This document shows, one piece after another, positions 63,492 to 64,000 of a DNA stretch of 64,000 bases. The stretch is from Malacoraja senta (lineage: Eukaryota). The notes below the pieces were generated by a model. The model ran no database searches and was not told where the DNA came from. It saw only the letters and a list, made by a program, of their open reading frames with translations. The stretch is from contig CM075988.1 in assembly GCA_038087875.1 (NCBI GenBank), forward strand, positions 16,804,001-16,868,000, given 5' to 3'. The position numbers and the translations under genes were made by a program. Each line of letters opens with the position of its first letter. Positions within the stretch are counted from its first letter, which is position 1.

Positions 63492-64000
63492 TGTTAAAGA
63501 AGGAACTGCAGATGCTGGAAAATCGAAGGTACACAAAAATGCTGGAGAAACTCAGCGGGTGCAGCAGCATCTATGGAGCGAAGGAAATAGGTAACGTTTC
63601 GGGCCGAAACCCTTCTTCAGACTGATAGGGGGTGGGGAGAAGAAAGGAAAAAAGGAAGGAGGAGCCCGAGGGTTGGGGGAGGGGAGGAGACAACCAGATG
63701 GCTGATGAAGGGGAGGGGACAGCCAGGGCTAGCAGAATTGGGAGAATTCAACGTTCAGGCCACCAGGGTGTAGACTGCCCAAGCGGAATATGAGGTGCAT
63801 TTCCTCCAATTTACGGTGTTGCTCGCTGTGGCCATGGAGGAGACCCAGGACAGAGAGGTCAGATACGGAATGGGAGGGGGAGTTGAAGTGCTGAGCCACC
63901 GGGAGTTCAGGTTGGTTATTGCGGACCGACCGGAGGTGTTCGGCGAAACGATCGCCAAGCCTCCGCTTGGTCTCACCGATGTAGATCAGCTGGCATCTAG
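63492..64000 (-). mobile_element. Penelope-like element 3' part, running off the window edge
   Basis: Open frame RCQLIYIGETKRRLGDRFAEHLRSV...LEEMHLIFRLGSLHPGGLN (GIY-YIG), then the 3' UTR with hammerhead motif. Confidence 0.9.
63590..63623 (-). ncRNA. Minimal hammerhead ribozyme motif, second subfamily
   Basis: Minus strand CUGAAGA-A-GGGU-UUCG-GCCC-GAAA-CGUUAC; the same stem II occurs at 9153-9183 and 52263-52295. Confidence 0.7.

Overview
Eukaryotic, repeat-dense DNA with no recognisable host protein-coding exon, so it reads as intronic or intergenic. The repeat set (HE1-like V-SINEs, CR1/HER1-like LINE 3' ends, Deu-domain SINEs, Rex1-like, L1, RTE and Penelope-like elements) suggests a cartilaginous fish, probably a skate or ray; this is an inference and the species cannot be fixed from the sequence. 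Almost all listed ORFs are chance ORFs or LINE fragments. Highlights: (1) a 5.27-kb endogenous retrovirus at 44047-49319 whose two 643-bp LTRs read as identical, with an ATAT target-site duplication (TSD) and a tRNA-Ser-like PBS. Its interior is gutted: the Gag N-terminus is fused in frame to the RNase H C-terminus, the integrase is split, and CA, NC, PR, RT and env are missing. It looks like a recently mobilised, helper-dependent element. (2) More than 20 copies of a ~110-130 bp Penelope 3'-end repeat carrying a minimal hammerhead-ribozyme motif, often in inverted pairs. (3) A non-autonomous Helitron at 41646-42422. (4) Four CpG-rich Harbinger-type MITEs with shared termini, one at the centre of a larger palindrome. 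(5) Three non-repetitive islands with RFX X-box motifs that are candidate enhancers. Family names come from motif recognition, not database searches, and the boundaries of old repeats are approximate.
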